From the human T2T-CHM13v2.0 reference genome, Homo sapiens, in the NCBI RefSeq assembly GCF_009914755.1, contig NC_060925.1: a stretch of DNA of 64,000 nt. The stretch is one strand, 5' to 3'. The notes under the pieces are model-generated. The model had not been told where the DNA came from, did not search any database, and saw nothing but the letters and a program-made list of their open reading frames with translations. Position numbers and translations under genes: made by a program. The first letter of the stretch is position 1; every line of letters begins with the position of its first letter. Shown here piece after piece: positions 1-16,260 of the stretch.

Positions 1-1849
1 GTGTGTACACACAAGAATAGGTGTTTTTCTGTGTCTACAAAGATATTTACATTAGTGTTTATGATGTCAAACATTAGAGATTATATATTGTTAAATTTGG
101 GAGATTTTCAAATAAATGTGATATACCAATTCTATACAAAGGAAAGTACACTAGTTTGTATATGTAAATAATATATTATTAGGTTAACAAAATAGATTAG
201 TTAAAATGTTAAAACCATATTTTAAAATTATACATCTTCATATGTAACTAAATAGATGTATTAGGCAAATATAGAAATACATATGCATATTTTCTGTACA
301 TTTCATAGTGATTATCACTGATTTACAAAGTTAACCATCATTTTCATTTTCTAGTGAGTGTTGTTCTATACTTTCCAAACTGATAACAGGTTATTATAAG
401 AACAGTTCAGTGAATACAATTAATGTTCAATAAGGGCAAGTTCGTTAGTAGGAAATTTGTTTTATAAGATATAAAGTATGTGATGTCAGAGAGAAATCTG
501 ATGCCTTTTTGATATTGATCAATGAAATACACATATAGTCATAATCTACTGGTTTCTTTTAAAGCTTGGAAAAAAAAGAATCTAATAAAAATAAAATCTG
601 AATGTAGTAAAAAATCTAAATGTAGTATTACATTTGAAAATGCATTTTAAATGTATAAAATGACTAATTAACACAGCTCAAACACTTATACATATGTTTA
701 GGTCAATGATAGTTTAATTTTAGACTCATCTATTCTTTTTTTCTGAAAGAATAATAATAGTGAAAAATGAGAAATATCTATAAATCCAATATTAGTGTTA
801 TTTCTGTAAAAATAATCTTATTTCCAGTTTAATCAATTAGAAAAATGTGTCTACTTCTAACGTATGACAGCTTTTATCAAATAAATTCTATTGCAGAGAA
901 AAAATAAAAAGTCAAGGTGAAACTCAAACAATTGATATTTAAAGACATTGGAAAGAACCAAAGCAGCAGAGATTTAAGGGCTCAAGTTAATGGACACAGG
1001 GGCACTGAATTTAGGCAAATTGTCCTTTTTCCATTAAATTTTTCATTGACAAATTTCCACATTCTTAAACAGATTGGAGTTATGAGTTCCAGAATAAAGT
1101 GGTCCCTCAGAACATTCTGCTGTATGTTGGAGCTGGTGACATATTTTTGGAGTTCTAGAATTTCCAATGCTATCAGAGCTTGAGATGCCAATCAGTATCT
1201 TGAAGAAAATATAACTAAAGAGAAGTCAGTCCAATTTTTCCCTGAATGTATATATCCTTTTCCTAACTTGTGAAGCACCAGAATGTTAAAAATAGAGCAG
1301 AAAGTATGTGGAAGGTAGCTAAAACAAATGAGTTTATTATTCACTATTGTTTATCAATACTGAATAATGTGGGGTTTGGGAAAAAAAATGTAGTTTATGT
1401 TTGGCGACGAGAAAAGACAAAATAAATGCTGTAGCCTTTCAGCATAAATTGCTGGTGAGCTATACTCTAAGGTATAGTTCTCACTTAAGAGTGAAGAAAA
1501 CATAAACCCCTTAGAAAAATTGAAACTGGACTGTTTCTTTACATCTTTCTGTATCCTTACTTTCAAGGTGTGCTTCATGTAGGCAGTTCATACATCAATT
1601 GTGTGTCATATTTCAGTCTGACTCTTTTAGTTTTTTTCAGTGTAAGTACTTAGAAATTTTGGAATCATCTCAGTGCCAGATTGGATCAAGATAACCTGCC
1701 CCTACTCTAACTGCTTGATAAAAGAATAGCGAATGGCCTCTGGAATCAATCAACCAATTAACCAATTCATTAATCAATACAACATAGAAACAAAACAATA
1801 AAGGCAAAATTTCCTCTTTTAAAAAAAGACAAAAATTTTCATAATCCCA

Positions 1850-2500
1850 TAGAAAATTGAATCAGCAAAAAGGATATAGAGTACACAGGCTAGTATCAGA
1901 CATGATAAAAGGAGATCAAAAAGGCATTATAAAGATAAATACGAGAACAACGAGAAGTAAATTGGATAAATTTAGATAAAATGTGTACCTTCTTTATAAA
2001 ACACAAATTTTAAATTATTATACAGAAGTCATAGAAAATTAGAAATGTCTTGTGCATATTAACAATACAAGAAATTAAATACATCAGGGAAGGATGGTTC
2101 ATTGAAATTTGTTTCACATATTTCTAGTATAAATAATAATCACTTAAATTTCTCTCAGAAAGAGACATAAACTTTTCAAATTATATCCAGTTTATTCTTG
2201 ATGATGAAAACCTAATAGCAACATTATATTTAGGGGAAATTGCAGACAAATATATCTCATAAATATTGGTATAATGATTATAACCAAAATTTAAGCAAAT
2301 TAAATCCGGCAGTAGTTTAAAATAATAATAAAGTCATGAACAAAATTATTTATTGTATTAAAAAATGTTGAATTTGGAAACCAGAAAAGGTAGTCTATTG
2401 TGTTAATAATATAATGAAGAAAAATAGTACAGTGATTTCAATAAATGCTTAACAAATTGATAAAATCAAGAATTCATATATAATGAAAATGTCAGCGATT
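1850..2500 (+). mobile_element. Ancient L1 (L1M) ORF2 fragment, highly degraded
   Basis: A-rich stretch with motifs resembling the L1 ORF2 linker/RT N-terminal region (e.g. 'ataaatttagataaaatgtgtaccttcttt', 'gcagacaaatatatctcataaatattggtataa'). Confidence 0.5.
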
Positions 2501-3500
2501 TAACTATGGATCAATAGGATCTATATCATCAGCAGTTATAGTATTAGAAATAATATCAGCCGTGGTGACAATAATACAAGCAGAAACAGTTCTAATTAAA
2601 GCATCATGGTAGTCACAACAGCACTAATAGTTTAAAACATTATTTATATACATATATACACATTGCTTCATTTATTTTTTCAAAAATGTTATAAGAAGTG
2701 TACAAAATATTCATATGTCCATAAAATAAATATTTTAATCCTGAAATAGCCCAGAAAATAAAAAGTAGGAGTACAATCAATATATTGACAATAATGTGAG
2801 AAGCTCCTAGTTTTTAAAGTTGGCTTGTCATTGAATTTTGATCCAAAGAAAAATTAAATTAAATCTTATAACTGAACAATTACAGAAAATTTATTACATA
2901 TCATTCTATCTGTTGTTTCAAAGACACAAATGTCTTGTTGGAATTATATATGAGAGAAATATTCTGTAATAGTCTTCTTTCAGCAAAAATTTGGTAACCA
3001 AGAGGACAATGAATAACAGCATCTGTAGAATAAATTAAGTGAGCATTTTCACAGAGTTCTTCTTATGGTTTGCTTAATGTAATTAGAAGAAAATGCCCAT
3101 TCATTAATTCTGAGATATTGCTGAAATAGAAAAATCATTAATCTCTTCTTTTTCTCCCTTGAAGAAATTAAAGAGGCTCTGTTTCTAAATCTGACCTGGC
3201 TGAATTACCAAGGGGGTGGAAATCAATGAATTCAAAGCTACTTTTCAGTTTTTGTAGTTTTTATGGTTGACAGTATGTTAATTCATGAGATAATTTTGTT
3301 ACAATGAAAATTTCATTTCTATTTCTAACATCCTGATATGTAGTAGTTCCTTGAGATTGTCAGTCTTCCTCACATACTCAGCTGAAATAAATTTACTAAA
3401 TATTTTCTGTAAAATTATTCCTGAATGTCATGTATTTGCTTTGCATTGTGTGGTGTCTTGTTTTATTTTGCTAGCTTTGTTAATCTCCTTATTGTATAAT

Positions 3501-3563
3501 TTCTTTATAAACTACCCAGTCTCAGATATGTCTTAATTAGCAGCATGAAAATGGACTAATACA
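3501..3563 (+). mobile_element. THE1-type (MaLR) LTR, 3'-terminal ~63 bp only
   Basis: 'ttctttataaactacccagtctcagatatgtcttaattagcagcatgaaaatggactaataca' matches the THE1 LTR 3' end. Confidence 0.8.
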
Positions 3564-4699
3564 AGGGTGTAGTATTGGCCGGGAGAGAAAAAATGAATGA
3601 CACCAGAAAATTCATTTTGAGCCTTTTTCTGCAAACACTTACATCGAGAAGAAATGTGAAAATGCGTAGATACATGCAAATCAAAGAATATGCATCAAAG
3701 CAGTCAAAATAATAAGAAAAAACTTGAAAAAGTAAAAATATTCAATAAGATGAACTATTTTTAAAATAATGATAAAATAATTTTGGTAATAAAAAATGTT
3801 AAATGGCATTGGCATATTCAAATAAGAAATTTCTCCATAATAATTCAGTTTAAAATATTATATTGCATAAATATTCAGTAAATTTGTTAAAATACGCTTT
3901 AGTTACTATCTATCAACACATATATTGGGGGAGAAAGTGTTTATTGATTCATTTGTTTGCAACTGTTCATCCTTCTTGAACTCTTTGGCTTAGACAAGAG
4001 TAAGTTTTTATAAAAATTTGAAAACAAAAAAACCTCAAAAGAGATTACAAAATTAATGGGCTCCTTTTTTCTCCAACATACACCACATATCAAGTGTATT
4101 TTTACTCTCTCTTTGGTTACTAAGGTGATAAAAATCAACTAAATGTTTAAAAAATAGATTTTATGTGGTTTAGATGAGGGGAATGAATTCTCAAACCTGG
4201 ATGGATTATATCAAACTTTAATAAAGAACTTACTGTCTCCTAGACTCATGGAAATTGAATAAAATTTTAGAATTTAAATGAGAGATAGTCAACTCATAAA
4301 GAAGTGAGATACACGAGAAATAAGTGGGTAAAACCAAGAGTTGAAAGGGCAATGTTTGCTTCAAAGTAGCTGGTAAGTTGCCAGCTTTAGTGTACATATT
4401 ATAGTAGAAAGAAATGAGGATAAAGAAAGTTTAATAAAACAACCAGTTTAATCTATAATAAACTAAAAAGGTCATTTTATCTTCCAGTAGTAACAGTGTA
4501 GCGAATATTCATTGCTTTTGCCTACCTAATACCCATTTTCACTTTTTCTGTTAACAGTGACCTGATTTTCCTTACAAAAATATTTTCTAGACCTCAGTCT
4601 CAAAAGACATAATCCACCTTGATCACTGTGATTCACTGAAGTGTAAACCTCACCAAGTTGCTCATTTGGAGATAGGAATTTTGCTCAAGCTAAATGCCA

Positions 4700-4790
4700 T
4701 TATATAATAAATACACATTTCGAAATACCATGCTATACATGACAAATATAGACAACGTTTATTTGTAAATTAAAAAATAAAATTAAGAAC
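4700..4790 (+). mobile_element. Short L1MA 3'-end fragment inside the MLT1 LTR
   Basis: 'ataccatgctatacatgacaaatatagacaacgtttatttgtaaattaaaaaataaa' resembles the L1MA 3' terminus with its A tail. Confidence 0.5.
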
Positions 4791-4904
4791 CTAAAAGAAA
4801 CATGTCTCCCTTATGGTTACCAGAGATCAATATTAAGGAAGTACCTCTCTGACAATATGGTAAGAAATAGAAATATGGGGGTTGAGACACACAGAGGCAT
4901 AAGA

Positions 4905-4945
4905 AACAGAAAGAGCGAGAGAGAGAGAGAGAGAGACAGAGAAAG
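4905..4945. repeat. (GA)n microsatellite
   Basis: gagagagaga run seen directly. Confidence 0.9.
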
Positions 4946-5469
4946 AAAAACTGAGCTTAAATAAATCAGCTGTATCTAAAATAAAAGATAAAAAATCCCT
5001 TGGGTCAGTATAAGCCTTGATATAAGAGATGCTGATAAAATAGATTTTTTTTTAATATTAAGGCAGTCTGAATTGATTTTATGTAACTAGAAACCCAGAG
5101 AGTTCTGACTAAAAAAAAAGGGGATAAATTCATTTAAATTCCGAAAGGATTTAGAAAGAAAGCAGCACATTTGAGTTAGAGGCGGTGGAACATAAAAATA
5201 TCAGCAGTGCATATGAAGAGACAAAGAAGGTCATAAAGATATATAACCTTCCTTCTGATTTTAACTGACTTCATCATGGTTTCAGTCTCCAGTGTATACT
5301 CAGTTGACAGACATGGATGACAGAAATAATAAAGTTTTTGACTCTAGAGAATTTAACTGTGTTTCATATTACTTACTCATTTTTCATGCCATGATTGCAC
5401 TACCAGTATTATGCTATAATATTAAATAAAATGCTGACCTTCTGAACAAGAAAACTATTTTTATTTGTA

Positions 5470-6120
5470 TATATTTTTTCACTTTTATTTTAGGTTCAGG
5501 GATACATGTGCTGGTTTTTTATACAGGTAAATTGCCTGTCATGGAGGTTTGGTGTACAGATTATTGCATCACCCATGTAATAAGCATAGTAATCAATAGG
5601 TAGTTTTTTGATGCTCACCTCCTTCTACCCTGTACCCTCAAGTGGGCCCCAGTGCCTGTTGCTCCCTTTTTTGTGTCCATGTGTAGTCAGTTTAGCTACC
5701 ACTTATAAGTGAAAACATGCAGTAATTGGTTTTCTATTCCTGTGTTATTTCCCTTGGGATAATGGCCTCCGGCTCCATCCATGTTGCTGAAAAGGGTATA
5801 ATATCATTCTTTTTTATGGCTGCATAGTATTATTCCACAGTATATATGTCCCTCATTTGCTTTATTCAGTCCAGTGTTGATGGTCATTTAGTTTGATTCT
5901 ATCTTTTCTGTTGTTTGTAGAACTGCAGTAAACATACACGTGCATGTGTCTTTATGAATGATTTATATTCCTTTGGGTATATACCCAGTAATGGGATTTC
6001 TGGGTGAAATGGTAGTTCTGTTTTAAGTGCTTTGAGAAATCATCACATTGCTTTCCACAATGGATTAACTAATTTACATTTTCACCAGCAATGTATAAGT
6101 ATTCCCTTCTCTCCACAACT
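5470..6120 (-). mobile_element. L1PA (about L1PA13-16) 3' UTR and ORF2 C-terminal end
   Basis: 'ttttattttaggttcagggatacatgtg...gtaataagcatagt...gggtatatacccagtaatgggatt' is the reverse complement of an older L1PA 3' end. Confidence 0.9.
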
Positions 6121-8422
<2,302 letters not shown>

Positions 8423-8921
8423 AGAAAAGATTCTTAACATTGTTTCTCATTAGGGAATTGAAAGTTTAAACAATTATGAGATACTGTTAAACATTATTAG
8501 AATGTCTATTCTGCTAGATTGGCTAACTTTCCCTAACTCAAAAAAAAAAAAAAAAAAAAGATAATACTAACTGCTAAAGAGGATGCAGTATAAGAGTAAC
8601 TCATTCATTGCTGGAGCAAATTAAAAATAGCAAAGCCACTCTGGAACACAGTTTGTCAGTTTCTTACATAGACAGACATACATGGTCTTCTTATATAATT
8701 AAGTGATTGTGTTCCTAGCTAGGTATTTACTCAAATTATTTAAAAACTTATCTATACACAAAATCCTTCACACTCATTTATAATTGCCACAACTTGAAAG
8801 CAATCAAGGTAACTTCCAGCAGATGAATGAGTGAACAAAATATGGTACATCCACAGGATGTATTTTTATTCAGAAATAAAAGTAATAAGCTGTCAAGTCA
8901 TGAAAAGATGTGGATGAACCT

Positions 8922-9503
8922 TGTGATGGTTAATATTAGGTGTCAACTTTATTGGATCGAAGGATACCTACATAGCTAGTAAAGCATTGTTTCTGGGTAT
9001 TTCTGTGAGGGTGTTGCCAGAGGAGACTGACAGTTGAGTCAGTGGACTGGGAGGGGAAGAACCATCCTCAATGTAGGTGGGCACCATTCAGTTGGCTCCA
9101 AGGGCAGCTAGAAAAAACAGGCAGAAGACGGTGTGATAAACTGGCTTTCTGAGTCTTCTGGCTATTGTCTTTTCCTGCGCCGGATGCTTCCTTCCATTCT
9201 TCCTGCTCTTGGACATCAGACGGCAGTTTCTTTTGCCTTTGAACTCTTGGACTTATACCATTGGCTTGCCAGGGATTTTTGGGCCTTCGGCCACAGACTG
9301 AAGCTTGCACCGTCAGCTTCCCTACTTTTGAGGTTTTTAGACTCAGATTGAGCCACTACTAGCTTCTTTCTTTCCCAGCCTGCAGATGGCCTATTGTGAG
9401 ACTTCACCTTGTGATCATATGAGCCCATTCTCCCTGATAAAGTTCCTTCATATATACATATGTCCTACTAGTTCTGTCCCTCTGGAGAACCCTGACAAAT
9501 ACA
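8922..9503 (+). mobile_element. MLT2B-type ERVL solo LTR
   Basis: TG..CA termini ('tgtgatggttaatattaggtgtcaac' ... 'ctctggagaaccctgacaaataca'); 5-bp TSD aacct/aactt. Confidence 0.9.
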
Positions 9504-11758
9504 AACTTTAAATGCATTTCCCAAAGAAACAAGCACTCTGAGAATGCTACATACTGTATGTTTGCAATTATATGATTTTTGGAAAAATTAAAACTCTAGT
9601 GACAGCAAATAGATTAGTGATTGCCAGGGGAAAGTGGACAGGATTTTAATGGTGTCAACACAACAGAACTCTTTAGAGAATGTATTCTGTATGATACTGC
9701 AATGGTGGGTACATTATATAAACATTATACATTTGTGAAAACTTGTGGAATTTTACAATGCAAAGAGTAAACCTTAATGTACACAAATTAAAATAAAACA
9801 ATTTTGGAGGTTGGAGGGTCCAGAAAAGAATAAAAAACATAACAAAACGATCTAACTATATTATGTATATGTAAGACAATCTCACTGAATGGGATGAGGA
9901 AAATGCTAATTCAAGTAACTTTGAAAATAAATAGAGACTGAAAGATTAAGAGCAAAAGGAACTATACATAAGCACCTTACTCTATAAAGTTGCTTTTAAT
10001 GGGGATATGAGTTAATGATTATGATACTGCTGTACATGTATGTAGATACTACTATACTTCTCTAATAGAAACACATAATTAAGTAATGTGTGACAGATGG
10101 TGGGAGTCAGACCTCTCAATGTTGGAGTAAAAATTTACATATAATCAAGAGTAGGTGACTAGAAATAACCATTTTAATGAAATAATATAATCGTCTTGGG
10201 TGTATCCATATACATTCATATTTATTTTAATATATATAGGTGATGACATATAGAAATATTTTATATAGGTGTATATAAACACAGGTTAGTATACACATGT
10301 GTATTTCCTTGCTCTGTTACCTAAGCATTTACAAAGATGATAACACCCCAGTAAGGCATAGCCCATCTAGGGCCCAGATCTTATTTTCTAATACAATTTT
10401 TCAGTAAAAGAATCCAGAGTTGTTTTGAGAAATGGGTAATTCGGGAATAAGAGGAAGAATATGCAAAACAAGCTTAAAGATTATATTATAAAAGATAAAC
10501 ATACAAAAGTTCAGGATGTCCTTAAAAACAACCCGCAAATGATGGGGTTACATCAAGGGAACACAGAAGCCTATCAAAAACAATTCCAAAAGCCAAAACA
10601 GGAATAAAATAAATAATGTAGTGCTAGATTATTTTCAAAAGGATAAAACAAATACCTGTGTGTTTATACTGATATAAACAAATGATTGAATAAACACATA
10701 AATGTGGAAGAGAATAATTTTAAATAATGTATGAAGATACCTCATCTTCTAGCATAACTCCTTACTATTTAAATGAAAATTAATGCTTCATATAGTGACT
10801 TCTGTCCAAAGAATATGGAGTGGCAATGAAAAAAATGATAGATTTACGATAGTTAAATTTAACAAACACTGTCAGCTGGGTGATCATGGTCAACATCAAC
10901 AGTGAAAAGTCAAGTTAACAGATAGTACGTACCCTTGATGTGATGGGATGACAATGGCGCTTTACTTCTATGGTGTTTCTCCCCAGAACATATAACCCCA
11001 GTCCAATCATGAGAAAAAAAAATCAAGGCAAATACTAGTTGAGGGACATTCTACAAAACACCTGGCAAGTGGTCTTCATAACTGTCATCAAAACAAGGAA
11101 AGTCTAAGAAATGTGTCACAGTCACAAGGAGCTTAAGGAGACATAACTACCAAATGTAATGTGGTATCTTGTATATAATTCTGGAGCAGAAAAATGATGT
11201 TAAGTTAAAAACTAAGATAATCTGCATAAAGTACGTTCTTTAGTTAATGATAATGTATCAGTGTTTGTTCATTAATTGTAGCACATGTGTCATATTAATA
11301 TAAAATGTTAATAATTGAGGAAACTAGTTTTGCAGTATATAGGACTTTTTTTATTATTTTTGCAGTTTTTCTATAAATCTAAAACTGTACTAAAACCAAA
11401 ATTTTTTCTAAACACACACACACAGCCCAATAAAACCAAAAAATAAAAATAAAATCCCATTTCTGGTGAATTTAGATTATCTTATGCAATATATTATGCT
11501 TATATATTTGTGCAAATATAAGTATTCTTATTGAAAATAAATTATAAGGACTAGAAGAGAATGGCAAGGATGCTACTTTAGAGAAGTTGGTTACAGCAGG
11601 TCATTTTACCGAGGTAGAATCCAAATGAATTGAGTTTAAAATATTATCTCAGAAACAAAGTGGAAAAGAATGTCACTGTGCAAATAATACATTCTGCCAA
11701 ATGCCATCGAGAAATTGAGAAAGGTGAAAACTTAGCACCAACTTTTGATTCTTGACAT

Positions 11759-12310
11759 TCTTGGGAAAGGCAGTCATACATCTTGGCAGCTTGCTGACAC
11801 TCGCATTGTGTCACAAACGTGTGTCTCCAGCCTTGAGCATTTTCTTATACGGTGGTAAAGAGAGCTCACATATTGTGGCTGGGCTTACCACTTTGTTTGT
11901 TAGTATCTTTCTCTGTTCCAGGTTTGAAAAGTAGTACTTTGGTCTGCTGAAGGGTGTGCATCAGGGTTACCTGGTCAACCCCACTACTGTTTGTTTCTGG
12001 TAAAGAGGGAATGGGATGTATTGTCTGCAGGACAAGAAGGTGCCTGTAGACCATCTCTTTGGTGGACTGCTGGGTGAGAATCACTGGCTGTGGACTGATA
12101 CTCACTATCCATGGTGTTTTGCTTTCTTTTCTATGTGATGAACCTCCTCCAGTGTTTATGAGAGTCATGTCTTTCTTGTTGACCCTGACACAGGCAAACC
12201 ATGCACTCGGTTGATATCCCAGAACGGCTGCTCCTAGTGGTGGGCATTATCATGCTCTTTACTATCTTCCACGCAGTGGGACCTCTCCCTTGGATATCAT
12301 TTGCTTTACA
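11759..12310 (+). mobile_element. ERVL-class solo LTR (MER76/MER54/MER70-group-like)
   Basis: ~550-bp GC-richer island starting 't(c)ttgggaaaggcagtc' and ending 'gctttaca'; flanked by near-identical 5-mers gacat/gacac (TSD); exact family not certain. Confidence 0.65.
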
Positions 12311-12892
12311 GACACCATGTAAGCTATGACTCTGGAAAGAGAAGTTAATGTGATGTATTGGAAATAGTGAACTGATCGGCAAGTGTTCCAAAGAGAGTTA
12401 GAGGTGAAATGAAGGATACAGTGAGCATAGAAAACTCTTGGAATTTTACCTTAAAAGATAATACTATTTAAGCTGAGATGTCAAGGGTAAGTATACATTT
12501 ACTAGGTGAACTGGGATGGATTTTCAAAATGATTTCTTGCAAATTAAGCAGAAAAAAATATATGTAAGGAAAGGCGTAAGTCATTTAGAATATATGTGTG
12601 GAAAACAATGATGTGATAAGTAGGATCATGAAAGGCCTAATCAATTATATCCATGTTTTTTACACATTAGGGTATTAAACATCCTTACAGGTATCTGTTT
12701 ACAATGCTGATTTCCAGATGCTAATGTGAATGTGTTGAAGCAATGCTTCTCTGGATTGTGTAAGGAATTGAGGTGTTTTCTATGTGCACTAGTAAGCCTT
12801 TTGCATTTTTGTTTTTCTTTTTCTGTTTGAGAATAAAATTTATGATACAATAACCCCAGAATATGGAGAATGCTTTATATGAGAAAAAAATG

Positions 12893-13200
12893 GGCCAGGT
12901 GCGGTGGCTCATGCCTGTAATGCCAGCACTTTGGGAGGCCAAGGCAGGCGGATCACCTGACGTCAGGAGTTCGAGAACTGCCTGGCCAACATGGTGAAAC
13001 CCCGTGTCCACTAAAATACAAAAATTAGCCGGGCGTGGTGGCGGGCGCCTGTAATCTCAGCTACTTGAAAAGCTGAGTTGCTAGGATCACTGGAACCTGG
13101 GAGGCGGAGGTTGCAGTGAGCCAAGCTTGTGCCACTGCACTCCGGCATGGGCAACAGAGCGAGACTCCGTCTCACAAAAAAAAAAAAAAAGAAAGAAAGA
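12893..13200 (+). mobile_element. AluS (Sx/Sq-like)
   Basis: Full dimer 'ggccaggtgcggtggctca...ggatcacctga(g)gtcaggagttcgag' with A tail. Confidence 0.95.
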
Positions 13201-13418
13201 TGCCACTGAAATACTGGGAAACAATTAAATCATTGGTCAGAGACTTTGTTAGCTCAGGTTATTGTGATGTTAGCTAGAATACAGAAATGTGAGTGGACAT
13301 AGATATTTGGAAGCTAGAATGGCTGATAAATGAAAACTGTCAGAATAATAAATAATACCTCCTTCATGGCTAGAGGTAAAATTATTGTTTTTTACCTAGA
13401 GTATAAAATTGTGTACTT

Positions 13419-13766
<348 letters not shown>

Positions 13767-14137
13767 TCACGTTTCAAGCATGTTTACTTTAAGGTTCCTT
13801 AGTAACTTCTAAGTGGAAAAGCAAAGTAGGCAGCTAAATATACAGTTTTGAAATTCAGAGAGGTCTAAACGGAGATGTTGATTTTGTAATTAGGTATATT
13901 TAAGTTAGTAACAACATGCTGGGAAAGTAATGGGTTTCCTTTATGAGTAGGGAACAGTGAGAAGAGAAGGATAGTGTAATACAGGGGCCCCCAAGAAGGC
14001 CTAGCCAAATACACGGGGAGAAGTCCAAAATTATCGAGGTCACGGAGACAGAATATGAGAGAAAGCAAAAAGAGGACCATCATGAAAAATACTTTTGAAA
14101 GATAGAGTCAGTGCTATAAACAGACTCTGTGACTTAG

Positions 14138-14452
<315 letters not shown>

Positions 14453-14543
14453 AAGATGTATGTTTTTAATGTCTTCAGTGAGAATTTGAAGTGTGCTGTG
14501 AAGTGAATTTACTCTGTCATCTCTCTGTCTATGTATCTATCTA

Positions 14544-14603
14544 TCGAGTGGGTGCAAAAGTATTTGTGGTTTTTACCATGCTTTTCATGGCGAAAACCGC
14601 AGT
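14544..14603. mobile_element. MADE1 (Hsmar1-derived MITE), right end truncated
   Basis: 'gtgggtgcaaaagtatttgtggtttttaccatgcttttcatggcgaaaaccgcag' matches the MADE1 consensus 'gttggtgcaaaagtaattgcggtttttgccattacttttaatggcaaaaaccgca'. Confidence 0.85.
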
Positions 14604-14606
14604 CTG

Positions 14607-14611
<5 letters not shown>

Positions 14612-14651
<40 letters not shown>

Positions 14652-14690
14652 ATCTATCTATCTATCTATCATCTATCTAATCTGTCTATA
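14612..14690. repeat. Compound (TATC)n tetranucleotide STR
   Basis: (TATC)10 ATC (TATC)4 ATC TATC seen directly. Confidence 0.95.
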
Positions 14691-16182
14691 TCTGTCATTT
14701 TTATGCTTGGGTTATAGCCTGAACTGCAGGTAAGACTGGCTTTCTCAGGGATCCAAATTGTTAGCTCTCTAGAAGCATTTACCTATTTCTATCTTACTCC
14801 ACCAGTTGGATTAAAGTCTCCTCAAGAGTGAACACTGTAGAACATTGTGTCTCTACTGTGTCATTATCTGTCCCCTGCACACAGGATCCTAGATAGAACT
14901 GACGTCCAAGGTGTGGCCAACTTTCATTACTATGTACAGAAAGGTTAAAGGAACTACAAAGTGAAGCCATAATATTGTAATTAATAGTTTAGTTGCATTC
15001 ATTGTATTCTATGATTTATATATCATTTATATTAACCAAATGACCTCAATAACTCCACATGTACTCATACACACACACATATGTATATTCATATTTATTT
15101 GTATGCTACAAATATATATTTTTTTAGTTAACCTCTGCATTGGAAAAGAAAATAAAATTATTTATGTAAAATGTATGTATTCCAAATGCAGAAAAATTTA
15201 GCTTGGCAACAAGAAAATCAGTAAGCACTAACTTATTATTTACTCTTTATTTTCATTTTAGTATATCTATTGAATATTTTCTATGCACTTTTAATGTTAA
15301 TTTAGGGTTTTTATTTTAATCATATTATTTAATTCAGTTATCGTGTAAACCCTGTGATGTAGCTACAGTTATTGCCACCATCTGACCAAAAAAAAAAAAA
15401 CAAAAAAAATGTGGAATAAATTTAAACCAAATGCCACTTACTCATTCACCTTTGTTGCCCCCCTTACACAAACAATTCAATTTATTTGAAAATGACATTC
15501 TTCTGACCACGCATCTAACTTTCAATCCTTATATTGCAATGCCAATCCTCATGCAGTTGAATATTTGGCTTTCTACAAATATGCAGATAATTTGCAAAGA
15601 TAACATGCTAATCGTAAGAGTGTATCTATACTCTAAAACTGTGATCAAACTGAAAGATTTTATAAAGTGTTACTAATAACTTTAAATGTATATTATTTAA
15701 GCAATCTTCTATATGATAGTTGGAGTTAATACTTTTATACATCTATCTCATTATTTAAAATCATAACAACCTGCTATAATCCTGAATAGACAATTTGTCT
15801 CAATTCTATTTCTTTTATATTCAGTTGCAGAAAAGTAGTTCTAAGACAGATGGCTGCTCAAAGAAAGTGACAACTTGCATTCTATTTTGTGTTCTCTTTT
15901 GAAAACAGCTTTACTTTTTGGCTTATAAAGCATATTGCAGACTTTCAGGCAATGGATAATTGCAGATTACTGGTGGCAGGTGCACAGACTACCAGTTTTA
16001 TAATATACAAATACATTAAGAAAAATTGTCAATTTTTAATCATTCCATTATTTCTTTATGTGAGTACATTAATATGACATTTTTAGAGAGATGAAGGCTT
16101 ATTTTTTAACATGTCATTCATTTAATAAGCCAAAATAACCATGATGATTTCCAAGAATAAAAGAGATTTAAATACATATATA

Positions 16183-16260
16183 AGAGATTACATTAATACT
16201 ATATATAGCATTGTGCCTGACATAAAGTCTCTAATAAATGCAAGATGTTATAATTATGTT
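16183..16260 (+). mobile_element. MIR 3' fragment
   Basis: 'tagcattgtgcctgacataaagtctctaataaatg'. Confidence 0.5.

Larger units (their letters stand above)
4497..5113 (+). mobile_element. Old MaLR LTR (MLT1K/L-like)
   Basis: Starts 'tgtagcgaatattcattgcttttgcctacc...gttaacagtgacctgattttcc'; ends 'ttaaggcagtctgaattgattttatgtaactagaaacccagagagttctgactaa'. Confidence 0.55.

Noticed and set aside
900-1750. Short ORFs in non-repetitive sequence
   Set aside because: No recognisable protein motifs or exon structure; consistent with chance ORFs.
11752-12391. Possible processed pseudogene (higher GC, overlapping ORFs)
   Set aside because: No recognisable protein in the frames I translated and no poly-A tail; LTR-like termini and a 5-bp TSD explain it better.
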